64,000 nucleotides of DNA from Clostridiales bacterium (GCA_004557245.1 SFEL01000014.1:2093-66092), one strand, 5' to 3'; positions 29,411 through 39,019 are shown, counted from the stretch's first letter. Made by a program: numbers and translations. The notes: a model not told the origin generated them from the sequence alone.

Positions 29411-30217
29411 ATGGCTAAATACCGCATACTTTTGGCAGACAGCAACAACCAGTTCCAGACCACCGTCAGGGATTACCTTACGGCTCAGGAAGGAATAGAA
29501 AGGGTGGACACCGTGAACGACGGTCAGTCCGCCCTGGACGCAATGAACAACAACCGGTACGATGTGCTCCTGTGCGATCTCATCATGCCGGGCATGGACG
29601 GCTTTGAGCTCCTTGAGAGGCTTAACAGCGGCCTCGTGAAGGACGTGCCTGCCGTCATAGTGATAAGCGCCCTGCGTCAGGAGGAGATGGTACGGCAGGC
29701 CTGCACACTTGGCGCAAAGTATTACATGGTCAAGCCCATCGACCCCGATACGCTGTACAAGCGCATAATGGACATGATGGAGAGCACCTACGCACAGCGC
29801 TCGCAGGTCTGTGCCATAAGCCCCAAACCCCAGACTCTGGACGAGAAAATCGCTTCTGTATTCCTCATGATAGGCATACCCGCCCACATAAAGGGCTACC
29901 ATTACCTGCGGGAGGCGGTGCGCATGGTATACTTTGAGCCCGCCCTCTGCGGCCGCATAACCAAGGAGCTTTACCCCGGCATCGCCAAGAGGTTCCAGAC
30001 CTCTGCATCTAAAGTTGAGCGCGCCATACGCCACGCCATAGAGGTGGCCTGGACCCGCGGGAAAATAGAGAACATCAACCAGATATTTGGCTACAATATC
30101 TACAGCAAAAACGACAAGCCCACCAACGGCGAGTTCATAGCCCTGGTTGCCGATAAGCTCATCCTTGAATCCGCAAGGGAAAAGGGCGGCAAGACGGAGA
30201 TTCAAAACGTCATATAA
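29411..30217 (+). CDS. spo0A: Sporulation master regulator Spo0A
   Basis: Receiver domain ([20 protein letters not shown]) plus a Spo0A_C effector domain ([32 protein letters not shown]). The start is set at MAKYR, preceded by GGAGG. Confidence 0.95.
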   Translation: MAKYRILLADSNNQFQTTVRDYLTAQEGIERVDTVNDGQSALDAMNNNRYDVLLCDLIMPGMDGFELLERLNSGLVKDVPAVIVISALRQEEMVRQACTLGAKYYMVKPIDPDTLYKRIMDMMESTYAQRSQVCAISPKPQTLDEKIASVFLMIGIPAHIKGYHYLREAVRMVYFEPALCGRITKELYPGIAKRFQTSASKVERAIRHAIEVAWTRGKIENINQIFGYNIYSKNDKPTNGEFIALVADKLILESAREKGGKTEIQNVI

Positions 30218-30769
30218 TCAGGCAAAAATTGAGGGTTGAGGGCTTCGCGATCTGTTCTCTCTCACACCGACCAACGCTCAAAGTTCCAACTGAATTTGAG
30301 GGGAAAATCCGATAAATATTTTTTCCTGAGCCGACTAACTCCTTCTGTTTATTGGGTGAAAATTATGCCTATAAACAGGAGGAGTTTTGGTTATGAATTC
30401 GCTATCCCAACATCAAGAAGTGGTTCCTTGCCAAGTATCCTGAAATAGCGCAGTTCGGCGTAGTGGAAACTCAGGAAAACAAAGTTGAAAATAAACTTTC
30501 AATCGTGAAAGGAGAGGCAAGCTATCAGGCAGCCTAATGAGAATGGAATATGGAAAGATAAAAGACCTTCCGAATGTTGGGAAGGTCTTTTTCATCAATA
30601 ATCATGTTAGATTTTTCTATTATCGATGTAATATCTGCACAATTTTCCTTGAGGGCAATAGTGTTATATGTTAATATTAATAAATAGTTGCACTCCCATT
30701 TACATCAAGAAATGGGGCTACATTCTTTAGGTACAGTCACTTGTATGTATCATTAAAGGAGTATTGTAT

Positions 30770-31624
30770 ATGGAGCGATTTTGTCGCAAATGCGGAAAAA
30801 AATTACTAGACGATAGCATCTTTTGTTCATTCTGTGGTGAAAAAGTCATCATGCCTATAGATCCCATATCTGCTGATTCTAGTATTTCCTGTGAAAATAA
30901 GCGTACAATACCTCAGTATGATACGCATCAACGATCTAATCATAAAGGCAGTATTAAGAACTGCATATCCAAACATCGAATTGCAATTATATTATTTTGT
31001 ATCTGTCTAATAATCATGGGTGTGTCAGCATACAATAATAATTTCAGAATCAATACTATATCCGATGAATCTTTTTTCATTGCCAAGGCGGGCGATACTG
31101 TATGGATCAATAAAGAGGATGCCAAAGTTGAAATTTCATCTTCTTCTAAAACTTTGGCTCCTGGGCTTCTAAGATCTTACGACATAAATTCCCCTTTTAC
31201 TTTCGTTCGGTCATCTGACGAAACGGATTATGTTATAGTATTTGATGAATTTAATAAGGCAGAAGGAAAAATCGAAGCAAAATATCTATCAGAGGCCCCT
31301 ATAAAAAATACTCATTCTTGGGCTTGGGCTGAGGATTATTATGGTCAAGAAATCACTATTGCAGGACCCGTTGAAAGCACAGCATATAAGCCATCAGTTA
31401 ATGGGCGACCAACATTTATTAACATTGGCCATGACAATCGTTCTTTAAAAATAAAACAAGTAACCGCAATTATATGGGGAAAAGACAGATGGAAATTCCC
31501 TAAGGATATAGAGCATTATTTGAATGGAAAAAATGTTAGAATCTATGGCGAGGTTTATGAGTACGAAGGTCACCCAAATATAAGGATCAAAAATCCTTCA
31601 CAGATATATATTGACGAAAGATAA
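30770..31624 (+). CDS. Hypothetical membrane protein: N-terminal zinc-ribbon, one TM, extracytoplasmic domain ending in an OB-fold-like module
   Basis: CRKCGKK..CSFCG zinc ribbon and the TM segment IAIILFCICLIIMGV. The C-terminal pattern GQEITIAGPV..FINIG..VTAIIWGKD..GKNVRIYGEVYEYEGHPNIRIKNPSQI resembles tRNA_anti-like OB domains. RBS is AAAGGAG. Confidence 0.6.
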   Translation: MERFCRKCGKKLLDDSIFCSFCGEKVIMPIDPISADSSISCENKRTIPQYDTHQRSNHKGSIKNCISKHRIAIILFCICLIIMGVSAYNNNFRINTISDESFFIAKAGDTVWINKEDAKVEISSSSKTLAPGLLRSYDINSPFTFVRSSDETDYVIVFDEFNKAEGKIEAKYLSEAPIKNTHSWAWAEDYYGQEITIAGPVESTAYKPSVNGRPTFINIGHDNRSLKIKQVTAIIWGKDRWKFPKDIEHYLNGKNVRIYGEVYEYEGHPNIRIKNPSQIYIDER

Positions 31625-32101
31625 GTTAAAACACATGTGAAAAAACTATATAAAGCTCCCTTATATGGGAGCTTTAATTTCATTAACTCTAATGTCAAGT
31701 TTCCTAAGCAGTTCCCAAAATTGGTTTTCACTCTGAATTTTTGGTATAATATTTATAGAAAGTAAGGGAAATAAGCGTTTTTCTCCTGATGCTTTCGCAA
31801 CACATCAAATAAATAAAACAATCACGCCACCTCCACCAGAACGAACTTAGCGGAGCCTCATTCAGAGAAGTTCTACATATACGTAGAAGAATACGTATTC
31901 TAAGTATTATGTCTCCCCAAGCTTGTGGTTCATATAAGGGGTTCAGTAATGGATTCCATTAAAAAGAACCTGAACAACCCAAATATAAGGATAAAATAAA
32001 GAAAGAGTGACTTATCATTCGTTGGACTTCAGTCCTCACAAATCGCTTTGACAGCACAGCTTTTAAAAAGGAGTATAACGAACTTTACAAGCGTTTTTCT
32101 T

Positions 32102-32371
32102 TTATAATCTCTGCAGTTCTTCAATTAGTTTATCTATGGTCTTCATACTATAAACTTTTGTATTATACATTTTTGCTATGCCTGATTCCTCCAATAAATC
32201 ACAAAAGGCATTATCCGTAAATGCGTGAGTCACAAATGGCAAATATGCTGCAGCCCAAACAGTATCCAAATGGTCGCTTCCGAGAATTTTTTTATCCTTA
32301 CACATCCTATATGCCCATAGCGTACTCTCTATTTTCCTATAAGGAATAGCCTGATGATGATCACTAAGCAA
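32102..32371 (-). CDS. Hypothetical protein (islet cargo), possibly a gene fragment
   Basis: ORF only. It uses a TTG start with no clear RBS and has AT-rich codon usage matching the islet. Confidence 0.3.
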   Translation of the reverse strand: MLSDHHQAIPYRKIESTLWAYRMCKDKKILGSDHLDTVWAAAYLPFVTHAFTDNAFCDLLEESGIAKMYNTKVYSMKTIDKLIEELQRL

Positions 32372-32607
32372 AAAATTATAGTACTTTAATATTTTATTGT
32401 TTGCATAAAAGTTGTTATAAACTTGTTTCTATCTTAATCCCAACTTGCCTCCTCACACCCACCAACACACAAATTTCTGATGTTAGTCGCCCTAAAACTT
32501 GCTTTAATATTTTTTGTCTGCTATTATCTGAAAAACACCAAGAAACAGAAGGTACTGGATTCGACTAACTCCCCTATAAATCAGTCTCAGGCTTCAGATG
32601 CGGCATG

Positions 32608-32761
32608 TAGCAAAAACGTAGACAATCAGCCTATTGCTGCGCAGCAGCACTAGGCTGAGCAGCCCACCAACGGCGAGTTCATCGCCCTGGTTGCTGACAA
32701 GCTCATCATGGAGACTGCCCGGGAGAAAAACGGCAGAAGCAAGATTCAGAATGTGATATAG
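32608..32761 (+). pseudogene. Displaced, degenerate copy of the spo0A 3' end
   Basis: Positions 32661-32761 align with 30117-30217 and translate to [32 protein letters not shown], against [32 protein letters not shown] in the live gene. The upstream AGCAAAAACG also matches, but an in-frame TAG and a ~45-nt insertion interrupt it. Confidence 0.8.
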
Positions 32762-32797
32762 GTGTGCTATAATGGAGAAAAACCTCCGGAGGTCTCC

Positions 32798-33334
32798 ATG
32801 CATACCCTCAAGCTTATCCGCCCGACTCAGGAATACGCAGATCAGGTAATGGCATACCGGCAGGAGATGCTGGACAACGGCGACAGCCTGGATGGATGTG
32901 CCGCTCTGGAGGATACCAACAGCTACGCCGAATGGGCGGATTTTGAGGGGCGGCTCAGAGAGCGCTACGGCGAAGGCTATGTGCCGTCCGATGTGTACCT
33001 GGCGGTGCGCAAAAGCGATGACAGGCTGGTTGGCATGATTGACTTCAGGCGGCCGTTGACGGAATTTCTGCTGCGCTTCGGGGGGAATATCGGCTACAGC
33101 GTGCGTCCTTCCGAGCGGGGAAAGGGCTACGCAGGCGAGATGCTTTCGCTGCTGCTGCCCAAGTGCCGCGAGGCGGGGGAGAACAGGGTGCTGCTCACAT
33201 GCGACGCGGACAACGAGGCGTCCCGCCGGACTATAATAAAAAACGGCGGCGTGTTGGAAAACCAGGTTGAGTGTGATGCGGCTCTTAGCCGTTGCGGGAT
33301 GATACAGAGGTACTGGATAACATTGAAGCCTTAA
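32798..33334 (+). CDS. GNAT family N-acetyltransferase
   Basis: The acetyl-CoA-binding motif RGKGYAGEML and the GNAT fold pattern. The start is set at MHTLKLIRP, preceded by GGAGG. Confidence 0.85.
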   Translation: MHTLKLIRPTQEYADQVMAYRQEMLDNGDSLDGCAALEDTNSYAEWADFEGRLRERYGEGYVPSDVYLAVRKSDDRLVGMIDFRRPLTEFLLRFGGNIGYSVRPSERGKGYAGEMLSLLLPKCREAGENRVLLTCDADNEASRRTIIKNGGVLENQVECDAALSRCGMIQRYWITLKP

Positions 33335-33347
33335 ATCAAGGTGAAAA

Positions 33348-33376
33348 GGGGAGAGCCGGCCGGCTCCCCTTTTTTG
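33348..33376 (+). terminator. Intrinsic terminator (GGGGAGAGCCGG/CCGGCTCCCC + TTTTTT)
   Basis: Perfect GC-rich hairpin with a T6 run, 14 nt after the GNAT stop. Confidence 0.8.
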
Positions 33377-33761
33377 TCCCCAAAAGGGAAACACGGAATT
33401 CGCCCTATGTGTAAAATAATATCTTTTTACCGGCGGCGGCAAAGGGCAGGGCAATAATAAATATACGTCAAGGTTTTATTCTTAACTTGTTGTTAACACT
33501 GAAACTGGCTTAAACGCGTTGAAATGTGGATAACTATGTTGATAATGTTAGTAACTCATGTTATTAACGCCCACGCATACTCATTTTTTTATGCAGTATC
33601 TTCGTACAAGCGGCCGGAGTAAGAAACATTAAATATTATCACCCGTGTGTTTTTTACCTTCGTTTTTCGGGTGAATGGCCACATAAGCGGCCCTTTTGCA
33701 TAATTGGCATACTACCCTCGTATGATTATATAACGATAATCTGTGCGAGAGGAGCAGGCAT

Positions 33762-35219
33762 ATGGAACTGATCTGGAAAGAGCTTCCGGGGGAGCGGATA
33801 ATATATACAGGAGTATCTCAGGGAACCGTCGAGGGCGGCATACCGCTGCCGGAGGGCCGCAGCGCAAAGGAGATACTCTCGTATACCGGCGAGGTGGTTA
33901 TATCTTCATCCAGCGCCCGGGAGGGCGAGATAGCCATAGAGGGAGTTGTGAGGATTGACCTCATCTGCATGGATGACAAGGTGTTTGCCTTCACCTCAAG
34001 CGCCCCCTTCACCCACCGCATAGCGGCGGGGGGCGTGCGGGAGGGCATGAGAGCCGAGGTGCAGGCGGCGCTGCAATCCCTGGAAATAAACAAGGGGGAG
34101 GGCGGAATTACCCTCAACGCGGTAGCGGATATAAACGCAATGGTGACAGCCTCAGGCGGGGCAAAGGTGCTGGACGGAATAAGCGGTATAGAGGATGGGG
34201 AGCAGCAGCGGCAGGAGCTGACACTCTACGAGCGGGCGGGGGAGAGCCGGGGCAGCTTCCGCCTGCGGGAGGAGATAGAGGCGCCCTTCGCCACAGAGGT
34301 GCTGTACAGCGAGGTACATGGGGCGCTGAGGGACGTATCTCCCGGCAAAGACGGAATATGCCTGGAGGGTACGCTGTACATATCGGCGCTGGTACAGAGC
34401 CGCACAGGGGCGATGAGCCAGTTAAGCCAGGCCATACCCTTCACTCAGACCGTGGACGGAGAGGCGCTGACTCCCATGTGGGGCGAGGTGAGGGTATCCG
34501 GCTGTCAGGTGCGGGGGGCTGAGGATTTTGGCGTAGTGATAGCGGATGTGGAGCTCACATACCGCACATGGGGCCGTGCCGGCGGCCGTTCCGATGCTGT
34601 GACAGACACATTTTCCCCTACGGTGCCATTTAACTGCACACATGGACTTATACGCACCTCGTCATACTGCGGGCTGAGCACACAGCGGCAGTCCATAAGT
34701 GAAAACGTAATGATACCCGATGGTATGCCCGAGGCGGCCAGGGTGGTATACGCGACCGCACGGCCCATGGTGACGTCCTACGGCATAGAAAACGGGGTAC
34801 TCACCGCTGAGGGGCTGCTGTTCACCCGCATATTATACACCGCCGAAAGCGGCTGCATATTCGCTTTCAATGAGGATATACCCTTCTCTGTGAACATGGA
34901 GGCCCAAGGCGCCACAGACGCCATGATATACGGAGTGGCGGCGGCCTCGGCGGCGGGAGGAGGCAGGAGCGTGGAACTGAACTGTACGCTCATACTCATT
35001 GCGGATCTGTACTGCACCGGCGGCTTTGAGGCGGTGACGGGCATTGAGGAGTGCCCCCAAAGACCCCCGCATCAGGGCATAACCGTGTACTTTGCCAGCG
35101 CCGGAGATACGCTGTACTCCATAGCCCGGGAGTACAATACCAGCCGGGCCAACCTGCTGCGCATGAACGACCTGCCCGAGATATTACAGGGGGGCGAACG
35201 GGTGGCGTTTATGGGGTAA
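33762..35219 (+). CDS. DUF3794 domain protein with C-terminal LysM (sporulation-associated in Clostridia)
   Basis: The C-terminus TVYFASAGDTLYSIAREYNTSRANLLRMNDL is a LysM domain. The N-terminal ~400 aa shows repetitive beta-rich DUF3794-like architecture. Confidence 0.8.
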   Translation: MELIWKELPGERIIYTGVSQGTVEGGIPLPEGRSAKEILSYTGEVVISSSSAREGEIAIEGVVRIDLICMDDKVFAFTSSAPFTHRIAAGGVREGMRAEVQAALQSLEINKGEGGITLNAVADINAMVTASGGAKVLDGISGIEDGEQQRQELTLYERAGESRGSFRLREEIEAPFATEVLYSEVHGALRDVSPGKDGICLEGTLYISALVQSRTGAMSQLSQAIPFTQTVDGEALTPMWGEVRVSGCQVRGAEDFGVVIADVELTYRTWGRAGGRSDAVTDTFSPTVPFNCTHGLIRTSSYCGLSTQRQSISENVMIPDGMPEAARVVYATARPMVTSYGIENGVLTAEGLLFTRILYTAESGCIFAFNEDIPFSVNMEAQGATDAMIYGVAAASAAGGGRSVELNCTLILIADLYCTGGFEAVTGIEECPQRPPHQGITVYFASAGDTLYSIAREYNTSRANLLRMNDLPEILQGGERVAFMG

Positions 35220-35232
35220 AAGAGTAAATTCA

Positions 35233-35296
35233 TCTTCTTTCTCTTTTCTTTTCATGAGAAAAGAAAAGCAGAAAGAAGCAAAGAGAAAAGAAAAGC
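35233..35296. repeat. Polypyrimidine/polypurine inverted + mirror repeat unit, copy 1
   Basis: TCTTCTTTCTCTTTTCTTTTC-atga-GAAAAGAAAAGCAGAAAGAAG-CAAAGAGAAAAGAAAAGC. A near-identical unit lies at 42341-42404. Confidence 0.85.
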
Positions 35297-35461
35297 AAAT
35301 GGGAAATATATATAAATAAGACATAGGATTATGCGTATAAGAATATAAGAACAGCCCTGCCGTCTTGTGTACGGCGGGGCTGAGCGCTGTTTTATGTTTT
35401 GTTTTAGTTGGTTTTCCTTTGCTTACTTTCCTTTTTTAAAAGGAAAGTAAGAGAAAAAACA

Positions 35462-36856
35462 CTACTTATTCTTGAGATACTCGTCTATAGCCGCGGCGGC
35501 CTTCTTGCCCGCGCCCATGGCCAGTATTACGGTAGCTGCGCCGGTAACGGCGTCGCCGCCCGCGAATACGCCGGGCTTGGAGGTAGCGCCGGTCTCGGGG
35601 TCTGCGGTTATCTCGCCCTTGCGGCCTACTACCAAGCCGGGGGTGGTGTTCTTGATGAGGGGGTTGGGGCTGTTGCCTATGGCCACGATGACGGTGTCAA
35701 CATCCAGAGTGAACTCGCTGCCTTCCTTGGCAATGGGCCTGCGGCGGCCGGAAGCATCGGGCTCGCCCAGCTCCATCTCTATGCATTCCATAGAGGTGAC
35801 ATAGCCGTTCTCGTCGCCGTTTATGCGAACGGGGTTATTGAGCACCTTGAATATGATGCCTTCTTCCTTGGCATGGTGTACTTCCTCGCGGCGGGCGGGC
35901 ATTTCGGCCTCGCTCCTGCGGTATACGATGTACACGTTCTCGGCGCCAAGACGCTTTGCGCAGCGGGCGGCGTCCATTGCCACGTTGCCGCCGCCTATTA
36001 CGGCAGCGTTCTTGCCCACGCGGATAGGAGTGTCGGTATTGGGGAACTCGTATGCCTTCATGAGGTTTATGCGGGTGAGGAACTCGTTGGCGGAGTATAC
36101 GCCGCAGAGGTTCTCGCCGGGTATCTTCTGGAAGTTGGGCAGTCCTGCGCCGCTGCCTATGAATACGGCGTCAAAGCCCTCTTCCTCCATCAGCTCATCC
36201 AGGCTTATGGAGCGGCCGACTACCACGTTGGTCTCTATCTTTACGCCCAGAGCCTCCACATTCTTTATCTCCTCGCGGACAAGCGCCTTGGGAAGACGGA
36301 ATTCGGGAATGCCGTATACCAGCACGCCGCCGGGGGTATGCAGAGCTTCGAAAATGTGCACTTCATAGCCCAGCTTCGCAAGGTCGCCTGCGCAGGTAAG
36401 GCCTGCGGGGCCGGAGCCTATCACGGCTACCTTCTTGCCGTTGGGGGCGGGTATCTCGGCGGGGGCGGAGCCCTTTGCCATGGCGTAGTCGGCGGCGAAG
36501 CGTTCCAGGCGGCCGATGCCTACGGGTTCGCCCTTAATGCCGCGGACGCACTTGCTCTCACACTGGTTTTCCTGGGGGCATACACGGCCGCAGATGGCGG
36601 GAAGGCTGTTGGTGGTCTTTATGATGGCGTAAGCGCCCTCGTAATCATGAGCGGCGATCTTTGCTATGAATTCCGGAATGCGCACGTTTACGGGGCAGCC
36701 GGAAACGCAGGGCATGTTCTTGCAGTTGAGGCAGCGGGAAGCCTCGTTGAGGGCCAGCTCTTCGTCGTAGCCCTGAGAAACTTCCTTAAAGTTCTTGTTG
36801 CGGATATTGGGCTCCTGCTCCCGGGCAGGGGTCTTCTGCAAAGTCATATTAGGCAT
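35462..36856 (-). CDS. nfnB: NADH-dependent reduced ferredoxin:NADP+ oxidoreductase subunit B (GltD-like, 2x[4Fe-4S] + FAD)
   Basis: N-terminal Cys clusters (CLNCKNMPC, CPVNVRIPEF) and two dinucleotide-binding GxGxxG motifs (VIGSGPAG, VIGGGNVA). It is paired with an NfnA-like gene. The start is at MPNMTLQ, after GGAGGGGAG. Confidence 0.85.
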   Translation of the reverse strand: MPNMTLQKTPAREQEPNIRNKNFKEVSQGYDEELALNEASRCLNCKNMPCVSGCPVNVRIPEFIAKIAAHDYEGAYAIIKTTNSLPAICGRVCPQENQCESKCVRGIKGEPVGIGRLERFAADYAMAKGSAPAEIPAPNGKKVAVIGSGPAGLTCAGDLAKLGYEVHIFEALHTPGGVLVYGIPEFRLPKALVREEIKNVEALGVKIETNVVVGRSISLDELMEEEGFDAVFIGSGAGLPNFQKIPGENLCGVYSANEFLTRINLMKAYEFPNTDTPIRVGKNAAVIGGGNVAMDAARCAKRLGAENVYIVYRRSEAEMPARREEVHHAKEEGIIFKVLNNPVRINGDENGYVTSMECIEMELGEPDASGRRRPIAKEGSEFTLDVDTVIVAIGNSPNPLIKNTTPGLVVGRKGEITADPETGATSKPGVFAGGDAVTGAATVILAMGAGKKAAAAIDEYLKNK

Positions 36857-36857
36857 A

Positions 36858-37706
36858 TTATCTCTCCCCTCCTGTAAGATGGCAGAAGTGCTTTTCGTCG
36901 GAAAGCTTTTCCTCGGCCTTGTACATGCGGCTGCGCATGATGGCCTCGTCAAAGTCTACCAGATGGCCGTCAAAGTCCGGGCCGTCGACGCAGGCGAACT
37001 TGGTCTCGCCGTTTACGGTAAGGCGGCAGCCGCCGCACATGCCGGTGCCGTCTATCATTATGGTATTCATGGAGACGGTGGTCTTGATGCCGTATTCCCT
37101 GGTGAGGTTGCATACGGCGCGCATCATGGGCATAGGCCCAAGAACGAATACTTCGTCATAGCGCGTGCCGGCCTTGAGCTGCTCCTCCAGGGCGCTGGTA
37201 ACGAAGCCCTTGTGTCCGTTGGAGCCGTCGTCGGTCATTATGTAGAGATTGCTGCAGGCGTTTTTGAATTCCTCGGTGAGGATATACAGGCTGGTGCTGC
37301 GGAAGCCTATGAATGCGTCCACGTCAGCGCCTATGGCGTTAAGGGCCTTAGCCTGAGGGTAAGCTATGGCAACGCCCAGACCGCCCGCTACTACGGCAGC
37401 CTTTTTGCCCTTCAGGTGGTCAAATTCGCTGGCCTTGCCGAGAGGGCCTGCAAAGTCCATGAGGTAATCGCCCTCCTCCAGAGTGTCCAGACGCTTTGTG
37501 GTGGCGCCTACCTTCTGGAATATTACGGTTGCCGTACCCTTTTCGCGGTCGTAATCCGCGATGGTGAGGGGTATGCGCTCGCCCTGTTCGTCAATGCGCA
37601 GTACTATAAACTGGCCGGGCAGAGCCTTCCTTGCGACGTAGGGCGCTTCGACTTCTATCAAAGACACCGTGTCGTGCAGACGTTCTTTTCTTACTATACG
37701 GTACAT
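36858..37706 (-). CDS. nfnA: NfnA subunit (ferredoxin-NADP reductase / PyrK-like FAD + [2Fe-2S] protein)
   Basis: MYRIVRKERL..GQFIVLRIDEQGERIPLTIADYD resembles the NfnA N-terminus, and the C-terminal cluster is CGGC..C. The alternative upstream ATG at 37742 (ORF-track start) cannot be excluded. Confidence 0.8.
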   Translation of the reverse strand: MYRIVRKERLHDTVSLIEVEAPYVARKALPGQFIVLRIDEQGERIPLTIADYDREKGTATVIFQKVGATTKRLDTLEEGDYLMDFAGPLGKASEFDHLKGKKAAVVAGGLGVAIAYPQAKALNAIGADVDAFIGFRSTSLYILTEEFKNACSNLYIMTDDGSNGHKGFVTSALEEQLKAGTRYDEVFVLGPMPMMRAVCNLTREYGIKTTVSMNTIMIDGTGMCGGCRLTVNGETKFACVDGPDFDGHLVDFDEAIMRSRMYKAEEKLSDEKHFCHLTGGER

Positions 37707-37948
37707 AGGCTGAACATCGCTCCTTTTAGATTTTTTGGACATAAAAGTTGATAATATAATATCGCCAATATAATGGTAATATTATAATAACGCAGTATGG
37801 CTGTAAAGTCAAAGTAAAACGCTTATTTTAACGTGCAAACCTCCGGCAGCTGAGGTAAACGCCGGCACAATAATACCCCCGCAGTTTTGCTTTAATATAG
37901 GATAGCAGAAACCGCGGGGGGAGTTCAGATGGGGATAATAAAGAATTA

Positions 37949-39019
37949 TCAGGATTTTTTATCCTGTATGTAACGATAGTCGTAGCGGTAGTCCACCTTT
38001 ATATCCACGCCGAATATATCCTTCATAAGGCTCTTCAGCGCCCTGGTGTCCAGCACGTAGAAGGAGGCGCCGTTATACGCCGTGCCGCTTATGTACTTGC
38101 CCTTGAGCGTATGCCGCACAAGGCTTTCCCCCGGCACGAGATCCATGCCGAACACCGCCAGCGCCGCTATCTGCTCCGCCGTAAGGTCGGTATAGATGTA
38201 ATCCTTTACGCTGAGGTATAATTTCGGTATGGAGGTCAGCCTGCTGCCCTCTTTGAGCTGGGTGAATATGGCGAAGAGCATACGCTGCTGCCTGTCAGCC
38301 CTGTCCACATCGGTGCCGTAGCCCTTGCGGGCGCGGCAGTAGTCCAGCACCTGCTGTCCGTCCAGCCTTTGCACCCCTTTGTGCAGCACCCGGCCGTTGA
38401 GCTTTATCTCCCGGTCCACATCGTATTCCACGCCGCCCAGGGCGTTCACCACGGCCTTCAGCCCCTCCATGTTCACCCCTACATAGTGGGATATGGGCAC
38501 CCCCATGAGGTTTTCCACGGTCTTTATGGCGTATTCGAAGCCGTCGCCCTCGGCGCTGCCCCCCTTGGCAAAGGCTGCGTTTATCTTGTAATGCCCCTTT
38601 GTGTTGTATATCTTGGCCATGGTATCCCGGGGAATGGATATGAGGTGGGCGTTGCCCTGCTCAAAATCCACCGCCAGCAGCATCAGCACGTCGCTGCGGA
38701 AGTTGTTTTTGCTGTCCCGGTACATCACGCTGTCGCTGTCGTCCCGCTCCGGGCTCTGATCCCAGCCTACCAGCAGTATGTTTACCCTGCTGCGCATGAA
38801 ATCCGTATCGGCCTGCCGCAAAAGCTGCTCCTCGGGGCTGAGGGTAGGGGAAGGCAGGGGCTGCCCCGCCTGCAAAGGCGAGGGAGAGGGGGACGGCTCG
38901 GTAAAGGCGCGCATGGGGTCCCGGGCAATGCCGCTGTAAAACCTCAGCCCCAGGGCCACGCCGCCGCCCAGCAGCAGCAGCGCCCCGCACAGCAGAGCGT
39001 ATTTCAGCCTTTTTTTCAT
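37949..39019 (-). CDS. LCP family (LytR-CpsA-Psr) cell-envelope phosphotransferase
   Basis: N-terminal TM segment. LCP core NILLVGWD..SDVLMLLAVD..ISIPRD. Confidence 0.88.
   Translation of the reverse strand: MKKRLKYALLCGALLLLGGGVALGLRFYSGIARDPMRAFTEPSPSPSPLQAGQPLPSPTLSPEEQLLRQADTDFMRSRVNILLVGWDQSPERDDSDSVMYRDSKNNFRSDVLMLLAVDFEQGNAHLISIPRDTMAKIYNTKGHYKINAAFAKGGSAEGDGFEYAIKTVENLMGVPISHYVGVNMEGLKAVVNALGGVEYDVDREIKLNGRVLHKGVQRLDGQQVLDYCRARKGYGTDVDRADRQQRMLFAIFTQLKEGSRLTSIPKLYLSVKDYIYTDLTAEQIAALAVFGMDLVPGESLVRHTLKGKYISGTAYNGASFYVLDTRALKSLMKDIFGVDIKVDYRYDYRYIQDKKS

Larger units (their letters stand above)
30218..32607. mobile_element. AT-rich ~2.4-kb islet inserted at the 3' end of spo0A; a degenerate integrated element with no integrase
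   Basis: Composition changes abruptly to AT-rich. It is bracketed by the live spo0A 3' end (30110-30217) and a displaced homologous remnant (32608-32761). Diverged ~100-140 bp direct repeats lie near both ends (30262-30345 and 32448-32575). Confidence 0.5.

Noticed and set aside
32594-33454. A 286-aa minus-strand ORF spanning the spo0A remnant and the GNAT gene.
   Set aside because: It is antisense to a well-supported GNAT CDS and crosses a terminator and the remnant. Its translation shows no motif.
33525-33533. A perfect DnaA box (TGTGGATAA) in the AT-rich 400-nt region upstream of the DUF3794-LysM gene.
   Set aside because: It is a single box; roughly 0.5 are expected by chance in this window. 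The neighbouring TTATCACCC fails the consensus, and there is no dnaA/dnaN context or box cluster. It is not an origin.
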